Positions 1 through 10,077 of a DNA stretch of 64,000 nucleotides are shown one piece after another; the stretch's first letter is position 1; the number at the start of each line of letters is the position of its first letter. Made by a program: the position numbers and the translations under genes. The DNA is taken from assembly GCA_038131935.1 (NCBI GenBank), contig JAYPQH010000027.1, positions 1 to 64,000 on the forward strand. Direction: 5' to 3'. The notes beneath the pieces are model-generated. The model did not search any database. It was not told the DNA's origin and worked only from the letters and a program-made list of their open reading frames with translations. The stretch is from Alphaproteobacteria bacterium (lineage in GTDB: Bacteria > Pseudomonadota > Alphaproteobacteria > UBA8317).

Positions 1-72
1 CAGCCGGTATTATTCGTTCTACGTTCCGTGTGCTGTTCGATGTAATGGTGCTCAAGATATTGAAATTATTAG

Positions 73-799
73 GAAGGCGAAGCCACGGAAATTTCGAATA
101 TTACTTCCCAGTTGGCGTTGGAACATGTAGACATTATCAATAGTAATCTAGATGTCAGCGATGCTTCGCTCGAAAGCGTCTCACTAACTAATTCCTCGAG
201 TAAAGTATTCCTTGCTGGTTCAGAGGTACACGCCTCTATTGACAACAGCGTTTTCAATATTGAAACAACCGTTGGAGACGACGTTTTCCATCTCAAAAGT
301 AATACTGAGTACGCTGGGCATTTTATGGCATTTAATGCATCAAACTCCGGAGCAAACTGGACTGGTACTATGGTTAGTATTGCTGGAAAACTTGGGTTCA
401 AAAGGCGTTATCAATGGTAATGCAGGGTCCGATACTATCCAACTCAGCAATCGATCAGAAGCATTTTTTCTTCATGATGCGTATTCAGATTTTCATGAAT
501 CTGTGACTTTGAATGCAGATAATCATGGGATGCTGGCAGCGAAGAGAATAACAAACATAGAGAATATATTGGCAGGCGGTGGAGATGATATCATTGATCT
601 GACATCGCCCGATTATTTGGTCGACCTTAATGGAATACAGATCTACGGCGAAAGCGGTGATGATGTTCTCTGGGGCGCCAATAATGACGAGCATTTAAAT
701 GGTGGATCTGGTGATGATGTCTTGTTTGGTGGGTCTGGTGATGACCACTTTATTTGGGGAGCAATGGGATCGATGTTTTTAGATTTACAAATGATATGA
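73..799 (+). CDS. C-terminal part of an RTX / hemolysin-type Ca-binding repeat protein (5' end outside window or broken; several frameshifts)
   Basis: GGxGxD nonapeptides (GGGDDII, GESGDDVL, GGSGDDVL, GGSGDDHF). ORF 112-420 joins ORF 212-799 by removing one A from the A-run near 400 (FKGVINGNAGSD). A further frame break lies near 755-770. Confidence 0.7.
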
Positions 800-1087
800 C
801 AAACGGACATGGCCTGCTAGGTCCACCAGTTGTGAAGATGTTATTCAGATTTATCACGCAGTGATACTGATAAACTCTCAAAGGAAGATTTTACAACAAT
901 ACATTAATGATGAGTGGTAGTTCTGTGTATTGCTTTGAAGTGATACATCTTTTACTTTAATGATCTGCACATCGATTATCATGTGATTTAAGCGTAGTTT
1001 ATCAATGAGAAATAGGCAAAAATTATTACACTATATTGTCACACAGTAATATTTTATTTATTAAACAATTACTTATATTTTGCTCAA

Positions 1088-1136
1088 CGGAATCATAATC
1101 CGCGTGTCGGGGGTTCAAGTCCCTCCTCTGCTACCA
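1088..1136 (+). tRNA. 3' fragment of tRNA-Met(CAT) (anticodon arm to CCA); not a complete tRNA, likely an att site
   Basis: CGGA-ATCATAA-TCCG anticodon arm, GGGGG-TTCAAGT-CCCTC T-arm and CTCTGCTACCA end. The AT-rich sequence upstream has no D-arm or acceptor 5' strand. Confidence 0.85.
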
Positions 1137-1456
1137 AAAAATCATTTACAATCACTGGCGTAAGATCTCCTTGAGATGTTTTATGGGTAAGCACATCTCT
1201 TACATATTTTCACGCGCGTTCTGGAAACGAATGAGTACAGTAACGCCCTGTTAAACATAGTCATTATCTCGCCTAAAATTAACTCAAATACATCTAGGTT
1301 GATGGTTGGTCAGATTCGTCTTTTTAAATGTAAGTCCAGCTAAACAGACACATCAGCTAGTTAGCTCTAAGTACTGAAATTCAGTACGAGTTGGTGAGCT
1401 TAAAATTGACACGACCTGTGCAACTACATATTATATTCTCATATGTGGAGGGTAAC

Positions 1457-1702
1457 ATGGGTCGTGCAACATCTATCATACTTGGTGAACACTTTGACAC
1501 GCTGATTGCTCAGCAAATGCAATCAGGGCGCTACAGCACCGCAAGCGAAGTCGTGCGGGATGAACTGCGTCTCTTTGAACAACAACAAGTTGCGATACAA
1601 AGGCTGAGCGATGCAGTAGATGAAGGTTTCGAAAGTGGATTTACGGACGAAATTGATTGGAACGCTCTCGAAAAACGTGCTGATAATATTAAAGCACAAT
1701 GA
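1457..1702 (+). CDS. parD: type II TA antitoxin, ParD family (RHH)
   Basis: TSIILGEHF...SGRYSTASEVVRDELRLFE motif; GGAGG upstream of ATG 1457; overlaps the toxin start (ATGA). Confidence 0.85.
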   Translation: MGRATSIILGEHFDTLIAQQMQSGRYSTASEVVRDELRLFEQQQVAIQRLSDAVDEGFESGFTDEIDWNALEKRADNIKAQ

Positions 1703-1996
1703 AGCACGTCCAATACTCGAAAAAGTTTCTGGAGGATTTGGAAAATATAACTGTTTACACCGCTCAAATGTGGGGCGCCAATCAGGCTAAGGTGTATCTC
1801 AAAGACATTCGCGACAAAGTACATCAAATTGCTAATGACGATGCAATTGTGCAGTTTGCATATTCCGAGACCTGGTTTGTTGAAGGTACGCGTAAACCGA
1901 CATCTCATCATTTTCGAGTCAACAAACGCAACATTGAGAATAATAAGAATTTTACATGAATCGATGGATATTCCTCAGCATCTGACGAGAAACTGA
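1699..1996 (+). CDS. parE: type II TA toxin, ParE/RelE family (one frameshift near 1860)
   Basis: N-term DLENITVYTAQMWGANQAKVYL; the alternative frame continues IPRPGLLKVRVNRHLIIFESTNATLRIIRILHESMDIPQHL to TGA at 1996, a typical ParE C-terminus. Confidence 0.8.
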
Positions 1997-2098
1997 AACA
2001 AAATAAAATGTGCCGACTGAGAACAGTCTCTCAGAACACTTTAGGTGAATTCAGCTATTTTGTGTGTAACCTACTTTCAGCCAATCCATTAAATTTGA

Positions 2099-2299
2099 GT
2101 GGTTTCTATCACCAAACTCCGCAAAGCAGTTTTCCCTGTCACAGGTTTTGGGACACGGTTTTTGCCAGCGGCCAAAGCTATGCCTAAGGAACCGTTGCCC
2201 ATCGTGGACAAACCTCTGATCCAATATTTAGCTAACCCATTGCTTGATCATAGGGACGCATTAAATACTATCCCTTCTGCCATTTATCTAAGGGTGTAA
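2099..2299 (+). pseudogene. galU: N-terminal stub of UTP-glucose-1-phosphate uridylyltransferase
   Basis: [38 protein letters not shown] matches the GalU N-terminus; similarity ends after ~43 codons. Confidence 0.8.
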
Positions 2300-2301
2300 A
2301 A

Positions 2302-3006
2302 ATGCTTCAGCATCATAAATTCGAAAATCTTGGTGGTGCCGACCATGGTTGGTTAAAAGCAAAACACCATTTTAGTTTTGCTGATTACCATGATCCGCAA
2401 AAGTTAAGCCATGGCGAACTCTTGGTCATCAATGATGATCGCATCGCGCCAAAAACTGGGTTTCCCGCTCATCCACATCGCGACATGGAAATCATTACCT
2501 ATGTGCGTAAAGGGGCTATTACGCATGAGGATAGCAATGGAAATACGGGCAGAACCACGGCGGGTAATGTTCAAGTCATGAGTGCTGGAACAGGAATTTT
2601 TCACTCTGAGTATAATCTTGAAGATGAAGAGACCAATATTTATCAAATTTGGATCACACCTGCACGTAGAGGTTTGACACCTCGATGGGACGCGGCGGAA
2701 TTTCCAAAAGTACCAGTGATTGATAAGCTATCATTGCTCGTATCAGGTGATGGAAATGCACCACTTACGATAAACCAAGATGCACGCATTTTCGCAGGTC
2801 GCATTCAACGTGATACCACGCTCAAACATCAGATAGAGGGCAAAGCATATTTGCTCGTATCTGAGGGTGAAGTGGTGGTGGATGAGCTCCATGCTCAAAA
2901 AGGCGATGGTATCGCGATAAGTGATGAAGGCTCTGTCACAATCATGGCAAAAACTGATGTGGAAATACTCATTATTGAAGTGCCAGGTATTCGTGAGGCG
3001 AGATAG
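2302..3006 (+). CDS. pirin family protein (YhhW-like)
   Basis: HGWLKAKHHFSFADY, GFPAHPHRDMEIITYV, QVMSAGTGIFHSE motifs. Confidence 0.92.
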   Translation: MLQHHKFENLGGADHGWLKAKHHFSFADYHDPQKLSHGELLVINDDRIAPKTGFPAHPHRDMEIITYVRKGAITHEDSNGNTGRTTAGNVQVMSAGTGIFHSEYNLEDEETNIYQIWITPARRGLTPRWDAAEFPKVPVIDKLSLLVSGDGNAPLTINQDARIFAGRIQRDTTLKHQIEGKAYLLVSEGEVVVDELHAQKGDGIAISDEGSVTIMAKTDVEILIIEVPGIREAR

Positions 3007-3033
3007 CTTTCGTGATTGCCATAAAATTTGCGA

Positions 3034-3858
3034 TTAGACGGGTTTTTCGCCCTCAAATGTGACATGGAGCATATGCCTTTTTGAACCATGGTAATCATTA
3101 AGAGGGTAGTGCATGGTACATCTATTATCCCAAATAGCGAGGGAGCCCTTTTGCCATCGAAAACGACATGTAAACTCTTCCTTCGTTTGATGATCAAATA
3201 AAAATTTGAGGATGGGCCGGCTCTCTTCCTCCGTCATGCCAATGAAATGCGTGGTATGTGCTGTGTTCACATATAATGATTTTCTTTTCGTGTAGGGATG
3301 CGTTCTTACAACCGGATGTATGGCTGTAAGTTCATCTCCTTTAAGGCCAACCGCAGCATGCTTGAATATGTCTGAGCGGGTTTTTTGTACTGTGTCTTTA
3401 CCTGAAATATTTTGAGCCTGAAGCCCCATCAGAAAGCTTTTCATTCCAGGAGATAACGTTTCATAGGCTAGATATTGGTTGGCAAACATTGTGTCGCCGC
3501 CTATGTCTGGCACTTCGAGCGCATACAAAAGTGATCCCATGGGGGGTATTTCTTGATAGGTTGTATCGCTATGCCAAATACCTCCAAAATTATGTTTTTC
3601 ACTTTCATGTTTGATAATGGGCGTGATTTGAGGAAAACCTTCGAGTGCTTTGATGAATGGATAGGATACAGGTGTCCCCCACATTTGTGCAAAATGCAGA
3701 AGCTCTTCTGGTGACAAAGTTTGATCTCTAAAGAATAACACTTGATGTTCATGTAACAAATGCAGCAGCTGGGACATCATTTCAGACGAGAGATCTTTGC
3801 TCACATCGATCCCATATATTTCTGCGCCAATTGAGGGGGAGGCTTTCTGAACTTGCAT
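3034..3858 (-). CDS. TauD/TfdA family Fe(II)/2-oxoglutarate dioxygenase
   Basis: WHSDTTY, GGDTMFAN, HPVVRTHP, WDNRCTMH motifs. Confidence 0.92.
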   Translation of the reverse strand: MQVQKASPSIGAEIYGIDVSKDLSSEMMSQLLHLLHEHQVLFFRDQTLSPEELLHFAQMWGTPVSYPFIKALEGFPQITPIIKHESEKHNFGGIWHSDTTYQEIPPMGSLLYALEVPDIGGDTMFANQYLAYETLSPGMKSFLMGLQAQNISGKDTVQKTRSDIFKHAAVGLKGDELTAIHPVVRTHPYTKRKSLYVNTAHTTHFIGMTEEESRPILKFLFDHQTKEEFTCRFRWQKGSLAIWDNRCTMHYPLNDYHGSKRHMLHVTFEGEKPV

Positions 3859-4005
3859 GCAATGATAACCAATTGTTTTTGATGTCTAAGCTTATGGTGC
3901 GTGTTTTTTTACTTTTTGTGAACCCTTTTTACGGTCAAGTTTTTCCTCGTCTATTGTAAAAATTTTTGATCATGAGATGAGAAAATATTTCTATGCCGAT
4001 AGTGC

Positions 4006-5243
4006 TCAACCTAGCCAATGAACTGGCCGCAAAAGATTGGGAACCGCCATTATATTCTCAAAAGCACGGGTCAATATTTTTGCGGTTGTTGGTCCTAAGG
4101 TAAAACCTTGATGGCCATGACCGAAATGAAACCATAAATCAGCGTGATGGGGTGCAGGACCAACAAAGGGCAACATCCATGGGTGGCAAGGCCGGCGGCC
4201 GCTCCATTCTATCACCAGATCATCGGTTTCTATGGTGAAGCTTTTTGCGAGTCTCTGTGCGCCTTGTTTAAGTTGTTGTCCGGTTGGATGTCTATGCCGT
4301 CCGACAAGTTCCGCACCACTTGTGATGCGAAGACCCCTAGACATGGGGGCTACAACCAAGCCCTGACTTACATCCATGATTGGACGATGCAATGTCTTCA
4401 AAGATTTGAGATGTGTGTGATGGCCATATTTATAAATCATCGGGATTTTGTAACCAAGAGGTTCCAAAAGAATAGGAGACCAAGGGCCCGCACATATGAC
4501 GAGATGGGACCCGCTGACTTTTGTGTTCGCGCCCTCAATTTGCCAACCATTTTTAATTTTTTTGATTTGCTGCACGTCGATGCATACCACATCTCCGCCT
4601 TGGCTAAGAAAGAGATTGCTGTAGGCCAATGTTAGAGCTTCTGGATCTTTACAAGTCCAGCTATCTTCCCACCAGATAGCGCCCTTGGGGGTATTACGCA
4701 GAATAGGTTCTTCTTTTCTTATACCCGCACCATCCAAGATCTTACTATTTACACCGTATTTTTCGTGGAGAACATCAGCGTATGCCGCATCCGTCTCAAT
4801 GCTGCATCACTCTGATAAAGATTATAAAATCCTTTGCGCTGGATAAGATGATCTGATGTTGATTTTGACAACCAATGATTATGATCCTCTCCAGCCTCAC
4901 GAATAAGCGTTGCATAGCAGGCGGCAATGGTAGAATAATTTTTGGGTAGCGAAAATTTTGCATACTGCATAAGCGCCTGGCGCTGTTGCCACAAAGCTTC
5001 CATGTCCCATTTGATATGATTTCCATTTCCGGTCATGGCTGACCAAAGGCTACGCCCCCATGGAAATGCGTATGGCTCAGCAGCCTCCATTTGGATGATG
5101 CCAGCGTTACCAAAACTTGTTTCTTGACCTGGTTTTTTCCTATCGACAACAACCACGTGATGACCGGCTTCTTGTAAGGACAAAGCCGTTGATATGCCCA
5201 CCATGCCGGCACCAAGGACGATGATGTCTTGTTGATTGAGCAT
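4006..5243 (-). CDS. FAD-dependent D-amino acid dehydrogenase/oxidase family (DadA-like), frameshift near 4800
   Basis: GAGMVG FAD motif, ETSFGNAG and C-term FGHGHQGFTLGP; the two ORFs join by restoring one T (AAFETDAAYAD). Confidence 0.85.
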
Positions 5244-5315
5244 GTCTTCACCATTTCTGCCACTGTTACCAAAAACCATAAAAGCACTGGATCATTTTAG
5301 CTATAGGGGCATAGG

Positions 5316-6572
5316 ATGAGTTATGCTGTGGCCCTCACAGTTCTCATTATCGCCATGGATGTATCTCATCCAAGTCTAAGCAAAATGCAATTCGAGGAAA
5401 ATGTGTTTATTCGACCATCTTTTGAGGCATATATAGCCACCTTCATGTGTTTTTTGCTGGCGTTGTTTGCATGGGGAAGTGTGTTTTATGGACATAGCGT
5501 TTACTTGCATGCGCTCCAGCAACATCATCAATGGTCAACATCTCTTATCTCTGGAGCTATTTTGGCTTTTTGGTTGGCAAGTTTACCAGGGAGTCTTTTG
5601 CTGGGAGCGATTATTGGCCGAATAGGTCCAGCTTTTGTTGTTTTTTTAGGTGGTGTTATCACCTCCTTCTCTCTTTGGTCATTGGGGCAAGCAGAGCATC
5701 CATGGCACATTTATGTAAGTTATATATTGCTTGGTTTTTGCTATCCTTCCGTTGGTGCTGCCGCAATTTCTGTCACGCTTTCCAGCTATTTTCAAAAAGG
5801 CTTTGGATTGGCACTTGGCATTGCATTTACCGGTGCCAGTGTGGGCGGCACCTTATTTCCACCAAGCATGACCGCAGCCATTTTGGCATATGGATTTCCA
5901 CAAGCGATGATGATGTTGGGTATTTTGGTTGGCCTGGCGATCACTTTGTCATCATTTGGGATGTATCTCATAAGAAAGCCCGCCAATCATTATCAGCCAA
6001 AAGACAGCAATGTATGGCGGGCTTTTTCGAATTTGGTCTCTAACCACCTTTTCTGGAAAGTGGCGCTACCCGTTTCATTAGGATTGGGTGCGCAAGTTGG
6101 TTTTTTGGCACATCAAATTCCAATCATGTTGGAGCGTGTTGATTTGGTTCAAGCTGCGTATAGCGTGAGTTTACTTGCTCTTATATCCACCGCTGGTCGA
6201 TTATTGGTGGGGCTAATGGTGCGCCAGATAAGTCCTATGTTGCTGGCAAGCATCTGTTATGGGGCGCATGGGTTGGGGATAACCTTTTTGTACCTGGCTG
6301 ATGGTATTGTCGCCTCCATGATGGCGGTATTGATGGTTGGTACAACAGTGGGGGCCATCGTTATTTTGCCGCCTTTGATAACACGTCACGTCTTAGGCAT
6401 TCAGATTTTTCCTCAAGCATTCGCGTTGGTAAATATTTTTATGTATGCGTGCGCGGGCCTAGGGCCTTGGATTGTTGGTCTCTTGCATGATTTTTTTGAG
6501 GGATATGGTGTGGCCTTAATCATCTTAGCACTTGTGCAAGCCCTAGCCATGTGGAGAAGTTTTTCAAGTTAG
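5316..6572 (+). CDS. MFS transporter
   Basis: About 12 hydrophobic segments; GLALGIAFTGASVGG motif. Confidence 0.85.
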   Translation: MSYAVALTVLIIAMDVSHPSLSKMQFEENVFIRPSFEAYIATFMCFLLALFAWGSVFYGHSVYLHALQQHHQWSTSLISGAILAFWLASLPGSLLLGAIIGRIGPAFVVFLGGVITSFSLWSLGQAEHPWHIYVSYILLGFCYPSVGAAAISVTLSSYFQKGFGLALGIAFTGASVGGTLFPPSMTAAILAYGFPQAMMMLGILVGLAITLSSFGMYLIRKPANHYQPKDSNVWRAFSNLVSNHLFWKVALPVSLGLGAQVGFLAHQIPIMLERVDLVQAAYSVSLLALISTAGRLLVGLMVRQISPMLLASICYGAHGLGITFLYLADGIVASMMAVLMVGTTVGAIVILPPLITRHVLGIQIFPQAFALVNIFMYACAGLGPWIVGLLHDFFEGYGVALIILALVQALAMWRSFSS

Positions 6573-6731
6573 AAACCTGTCAGCAAGCCAATGAAATATG
6601 ATCATTGAGCGCCCTTGGTTTTGTAAATTTAAGGCGTAGATCGGGATGCATTTTGTGTGCTTGGCTGATCAGTTGTTCAGAGCCAAAGGGATTAGATGTG
6701 GTTGTGCTCATTGATGAACATAGCTCGCAAT

Positions 6732-7832
6732 CTAAGATGATTTTCGTTTAGAGAGACAATTCAAAAACGATGCGGCCATATTTTTAATAAGTGTATGATA
6801 AAGTTCTGGGCCATTGGGAATATCTGCGCCCAAAGGATCAAGTATGCCAACATTTACATCAGTGTCCTCAACCAAGCGATTTATGATTTTGGGCTGGAAT
6901 TGAGGTTCAGAAAATATGCAATGAACTCTGTGATGTGCAATTTTGTTACGCAAAGCGACAATTTTTTTAGCACCTGGCATGATCTCTGGCGAAATGGTCA
7001 CAGAACCTACAGCAGAAAACCCAAAGCGCTTCTCAAAATACTGATAAGCATCATGAAAAACGATAAAGTTTCGGTTGTTTGCTTCTATCAGATGCAGTTG
7101 TTGTTCAATATTAACGAGCAGTTGGTCGAGTTTGTTTTCTAACATAAGTGTATTTTTGGTGTAGAGATCAGCGTGCAGAGGATCTATCTCTATAAGTCTG
7201 TGCTTTACCGCTCGCGCCAATATTTTTGCATTGACAGGATCTAGCCAAATATGTGGGTCTTCATGACCATGCTCCTTGTGACCATGCTCCTTGTGACCAT
7301 GCTCCTTGTGACCATGCTCCTTGTGACCATGCTCCTTGTGACCATGCTCCTTGTGACCATGCTCCTTGTGACCATGCTCCTTGTGACCATGCTCCTTGTG
7401 ACCATGCTCCTTGTGACCATGCTCCTTGTGACCATGATCAGATTGATGTTCATCATGATCATGTTTTTCAAAAGAGTCCGTTTCCCGAATTTGCCAGGTT
7501 ATCAAATCGTGTGTTTTCAGAAGATTGATAACAACAGCATCTCGAGCAATGTTGTGAATGGGTTTTGCTAAAGCTGGTTCTAGTTGATTGCCCATCCAAA
7601 AAATAATATTCGCGTCTTGCAGTTTTTGTGCTTGTGAGGGCTTTAAATTGTATGTGTGAGGTGACCCGGATCCTTCTACAATAAGGAAAGGTGATTCAAC
7701 ACCTTCCATCACTGCGGAAACTATTGAATGTATTGGCTTGATTGAAACGCCTACCTTAAGGCTGTCACCTGCCATTGCTGTTTGTGCTAAAAAACTTACT
7801 GAAAATGTTATTGCTAAAATATATTGACGCAT
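6732..7832 (-). CDS. znuA: zinc ABC transporter periplasmic binding protein
   Basis: SIKPIHS, SPHTYNLKPS, DPHIWLDP and VFHDAYQYFE motifs; His-rich loop; divergent from znuCB. Confidence 0.95.
   Translation of the reverse strand: MRQYILAITFSVSFLAQTAMAGDSLKVGVSIKPIHSIVSAVMEGVESPFLIVEGSGSPHTYNLKPSQAQKLQDANIIFWMGNQLEPALAKPIHNIARDAVVINLLKTHDLITWQIRETDSFEKHDHDEHQSDHGHKEHGHKEHGHKEHGHKEHGHKEHGHKEHGHKEHGHKEHGHKEHGHKEHGHKEHGHEDPHIWLDPVNAKILARAVKHRLIEIDPLHADLYTKNTLMLENKLDQLLVNIEQQLHLIEANNRNFIVFHDAYQYFEKRFGFSAVGSVTISPEIMPGAKKIVALRNKIAHHRVHCIFSEPQFQPKIINRLVEDTDVNVGILDPLGADIPNGPELYHTLIKNMAASFLNCLSKRKSS
7272..7436 (-). repeat. perfect 15-bp tandem repeat x11 (CATGGTCACAAGGAG) encoding (HGHKE)11
   Basis: Eleven identical copies read directly, in frame within the znuA His-rich loop. 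Confidence 0.97.
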
Positions 7833-7862
7833 TCTGTTTTTTCTTTCTTTTTGCACGGTATT

Positions 7863-7883
7863 TAATGTAATAACATTACATTA
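7863..7883. promoter_or_regulatory. Zur box
   Basis: Perfect inverted repeat TAATGTAAT-AAC-ATTACATTA in the znuA/znuC divergent gap, resembling the Zur operator; zur is in the same locus. Confidence 0.8.
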
Positions 7884-7933
7884 TTGAATAAATCAACTTT
7901 CTTTTTGAAGGAAATTTTGTTAGCCAATTTGTT

Positions 7934-8686
7934 ATGGAAAATCAGCACGCACAATTGCTTTCACTGAAAAATATAGGGGTAAGAAAGTCACAACGCTGGC
8001 TGGTTCGCGGCGTAAGTCTTTCAGTGTCACCCGGCGAGATTGTGACAATCATCGGGCCTAACGGATCTGGGAAATCCACAACCGCGGAGGTTGCATTGGG
8101 TGTAACGCCTCCCACGGAAGGTGAAGCGATCAAACGAAAAAATCTTCGGGTTAGTTATGTTCCTCAGAAAATTAATATCGACTGGTCGCTTCCTCTCACG
8201 GTATCTCGTTTTATGTCGCTCACCCAAAAAATATCCTCAAAAGATAGAGATATTGCGCTGGGGTTAACGAAAACTTCCCATCTTGTTGACGCAGAACTCC
8301 GGTTTTTATCAGGTGGAGAATTTCAACGTGTGTTATTGGCCCGTGCACTATCGACCAAGCCGGAACTTTTGGTGCTTGATGAGCCAGTGCAGGGCGTTGA
8401 TTATAATGGTGAAATAGAGATGTATCAGCTCATTGATACCGTTCGTAAGGAAATGAATTGTGGGGTTTTGTTGATTTCTCATGATCTGCATGTTGTCATG
8501 GCTGCAACGGATCAAGTGATCTGCCTCAACGGTCATGTTTGTTGTTCTGGGACACCCGCATCCGTTTTGTCGAGCCCTGAATTCGTTCACCTGTTTGGTG
8601 CGCATGCAGCATCTGGTCTTGCCGTTTACACACATAACCATGATCATGATCATTTGCCTGACGGTACATGTATTTCAAAAACATGA
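7934..8686 (+). CDS. znuC: zinc ABC transporter ATPase
   Basis: [28 protein letters not shown], His/Cys-rich tail. Confidence 0.95.
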   Translation: MENQHAQLLSLKNIGVRKSQRWLVRGVSLSVSPGEIVTIIGPNGSGKSTTAEVALGVTPPTEGEAIKRKNLRVSYVPQKINIDWSLPLTVSRFMSLTQKISSKDRDIALGLTKTSHLVDAELRFLSGGEFQRVLLARALSTKPELLVLDEPVQGVDYNGEIEMYQLIDTVRKEMNCGVLLISHDLHVVMAATDQVICLNGHVCCSGTPASVLSSPEFVHLFGAHAASGLAVYTHNHDHDHLPDGTCISKT

Positions 8687-8763
8687 GCGGCTGAGGAGCT
8701 AAGTATGGAATCCTATTTGATCCTGTCCATGGTCATCAAATTCATCAATGAGGAAAGTCATCA

Positions 8764-9561
8764 ATGCTCATAGATGATTTTTTTCTCCGAGCTCTTATGG
8801 GCGGCGTTGGTGTTGCCTTGATGGCGGGACCATTGGGCTGCTTCATTGTCTGGAAAAGATTGGCCTATTTTGGAGATACGCTTGCTCATGCAGCTTTGCT
8901 TGGCGTTACCTTGGGCTTTTTGTGGGATATTAATGTGGTCCTTGCGGTATTTGCAGGATCGGTCCTGCTCTCTTTTTCGATGCTCGCGCTACAGCGAACA
9001 TCATTGCCTTCTGATACGTTGCTAGGCTTGCTTTCCCACTCAACCTTAGCAATTGGATTGGTGGCTTTAGGCTTTATGACATGGATACGGGTCGACCTCA
9101 TGGGGCTGCTTTTTGGAGATATTTTATCCATAGCTATGATGGATATCTTGGTCATTTGGGGTGGAAATCTTATCGTTCTGATCGTTTTATTCTATATTTG
9201 GCGTGGTTTATTTGTTGCCACCGTCAGCAAAGATATCGCGATTGCTGAGGGTATGCGTCCTGAGCAAGCGAATGCTATTTTTATGCTGTTGATGGCGCTG
9301 GTGATTGCGGTATCTATAAAGATTGTTGGGGTTCTTTTGATTACAGCTTTGTTGATTATCCCCGCAGCTGCAGCGAGACCTTTTGCCCGTTCCCCAGAAC
9401 AAATGGCCGTGATTGCATCACTCATTGGGGTGATGTCTGTTATCTTTGGGCTCTTGGCATCATTTAATCTAGACACACCTTCGGGACCAAGTATTGTGGT
9501 TGTTGCCTTAATCATGTTCTGTGTGGGATTTTTTCAAACAATTTTGCGCTCAGCGCGTTGA
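8764..9561 (+). CDS. znuB: zinc ABC transporter permease
   Basis: GPLGCFIVWKRLAYFGDTLAHAALLG motif. Confidence 0.95.
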   Translation: MLIDDFFLRALMGGVGVALMAGPLGCFIVWKRLAYFGDTLAHAALLGVTLGFLWDINVVLAVFAGSVLLSFSMLALQRTSLPSDTLLGLLSHSTLAIGLVALGFMTWIRVDLMGLLFGDILSIAMMDILVIWGGNLIVLIVLFYIWRGLFVATVSKDIAIAEGMRPEQANAIFMLLMALVIAVSIKIVGVLLITALLIIPAAAARPFARSPEQMAVIASLIGVMSVIFGLLASFNLDTPSGPSIVVVALIMFCVGFFQTILRSAR

Positions 9562-9597
9562 GTAAGGATCGGGAGATAGTTGCGACATGGTTGAATC

Positions 9598-10008
9598 ATG
9601 ACCCATAATTCTGAAAATACCGTTAAGCTTACCAAAAACCAAACGGCCGTATTGGCTGTTTTGCAAGAAGCATCGGTGGCGATGAGCGCATATGATATTT
9701 TGGACCATGTGCGTGAAAAAGGCATAAAAGCACCTCTTCAAGTCTATCGTGCCCTTGAGCCACTCATCAAATATGGTCTTGTTCATCGCTTGGAATCAAT
9801 CAATGCATTTGTTACCTGTAGCCAGGAAAAATGTCAGAATAGCCACAGCATAGCTTTCATGATTTGCGAAGATTGCTCTGATATTCGCGAGGTTTCCGAA
9901 CAATTTATCTCAGAGTTCCTCGCGAAGTTGGGTGAGGCAGGTGGCTTTAAGGCACGTAAATCTAACATTGAACTCATCGGTTCGTGCGAAAGTTGCCAAG
10001 CTCGGTAA
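9598..10008 (+). CDS. zur: zinc uptake regulator (Fur family)
   Basis: SAYDIL, PLQVYRAL, HRLESINAF and two CxxC pairs. Confidence 0.92.
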   Translation: MTHNSENTVKLTKNQTAVLAVLQEASVAMSAYDILDHVREKGIKAPLQVYRALEPLIKYGLVHRLESINAFVTCSQEKCQNSHSIAFMICEDCSDIREVSEQFISEFLAKLGEAGGFKARKSNIELIGSCESCQAR

Positions 10009-10077
10009 TAACAGAACCTAAAGTGAGATATTTATGATTGGATAAGCCTCTTTTTTGAAAATCCATCAGAAAAAATA

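Noticed and set aside
1060-1136. Complete tRNA-Met gene
   Set aside because: No acceptor-stem 5' strand or D-arm upstream of 1088.
7241-7571. CRISPR-like array, or the repetitive ORFs (MLLVT)n, (DHAPC)n and (MVTRS)n
   Set aside because: Units are contiguous with no spacers and no cas genes; the ORFs are alternative frames of the znuA repeat.
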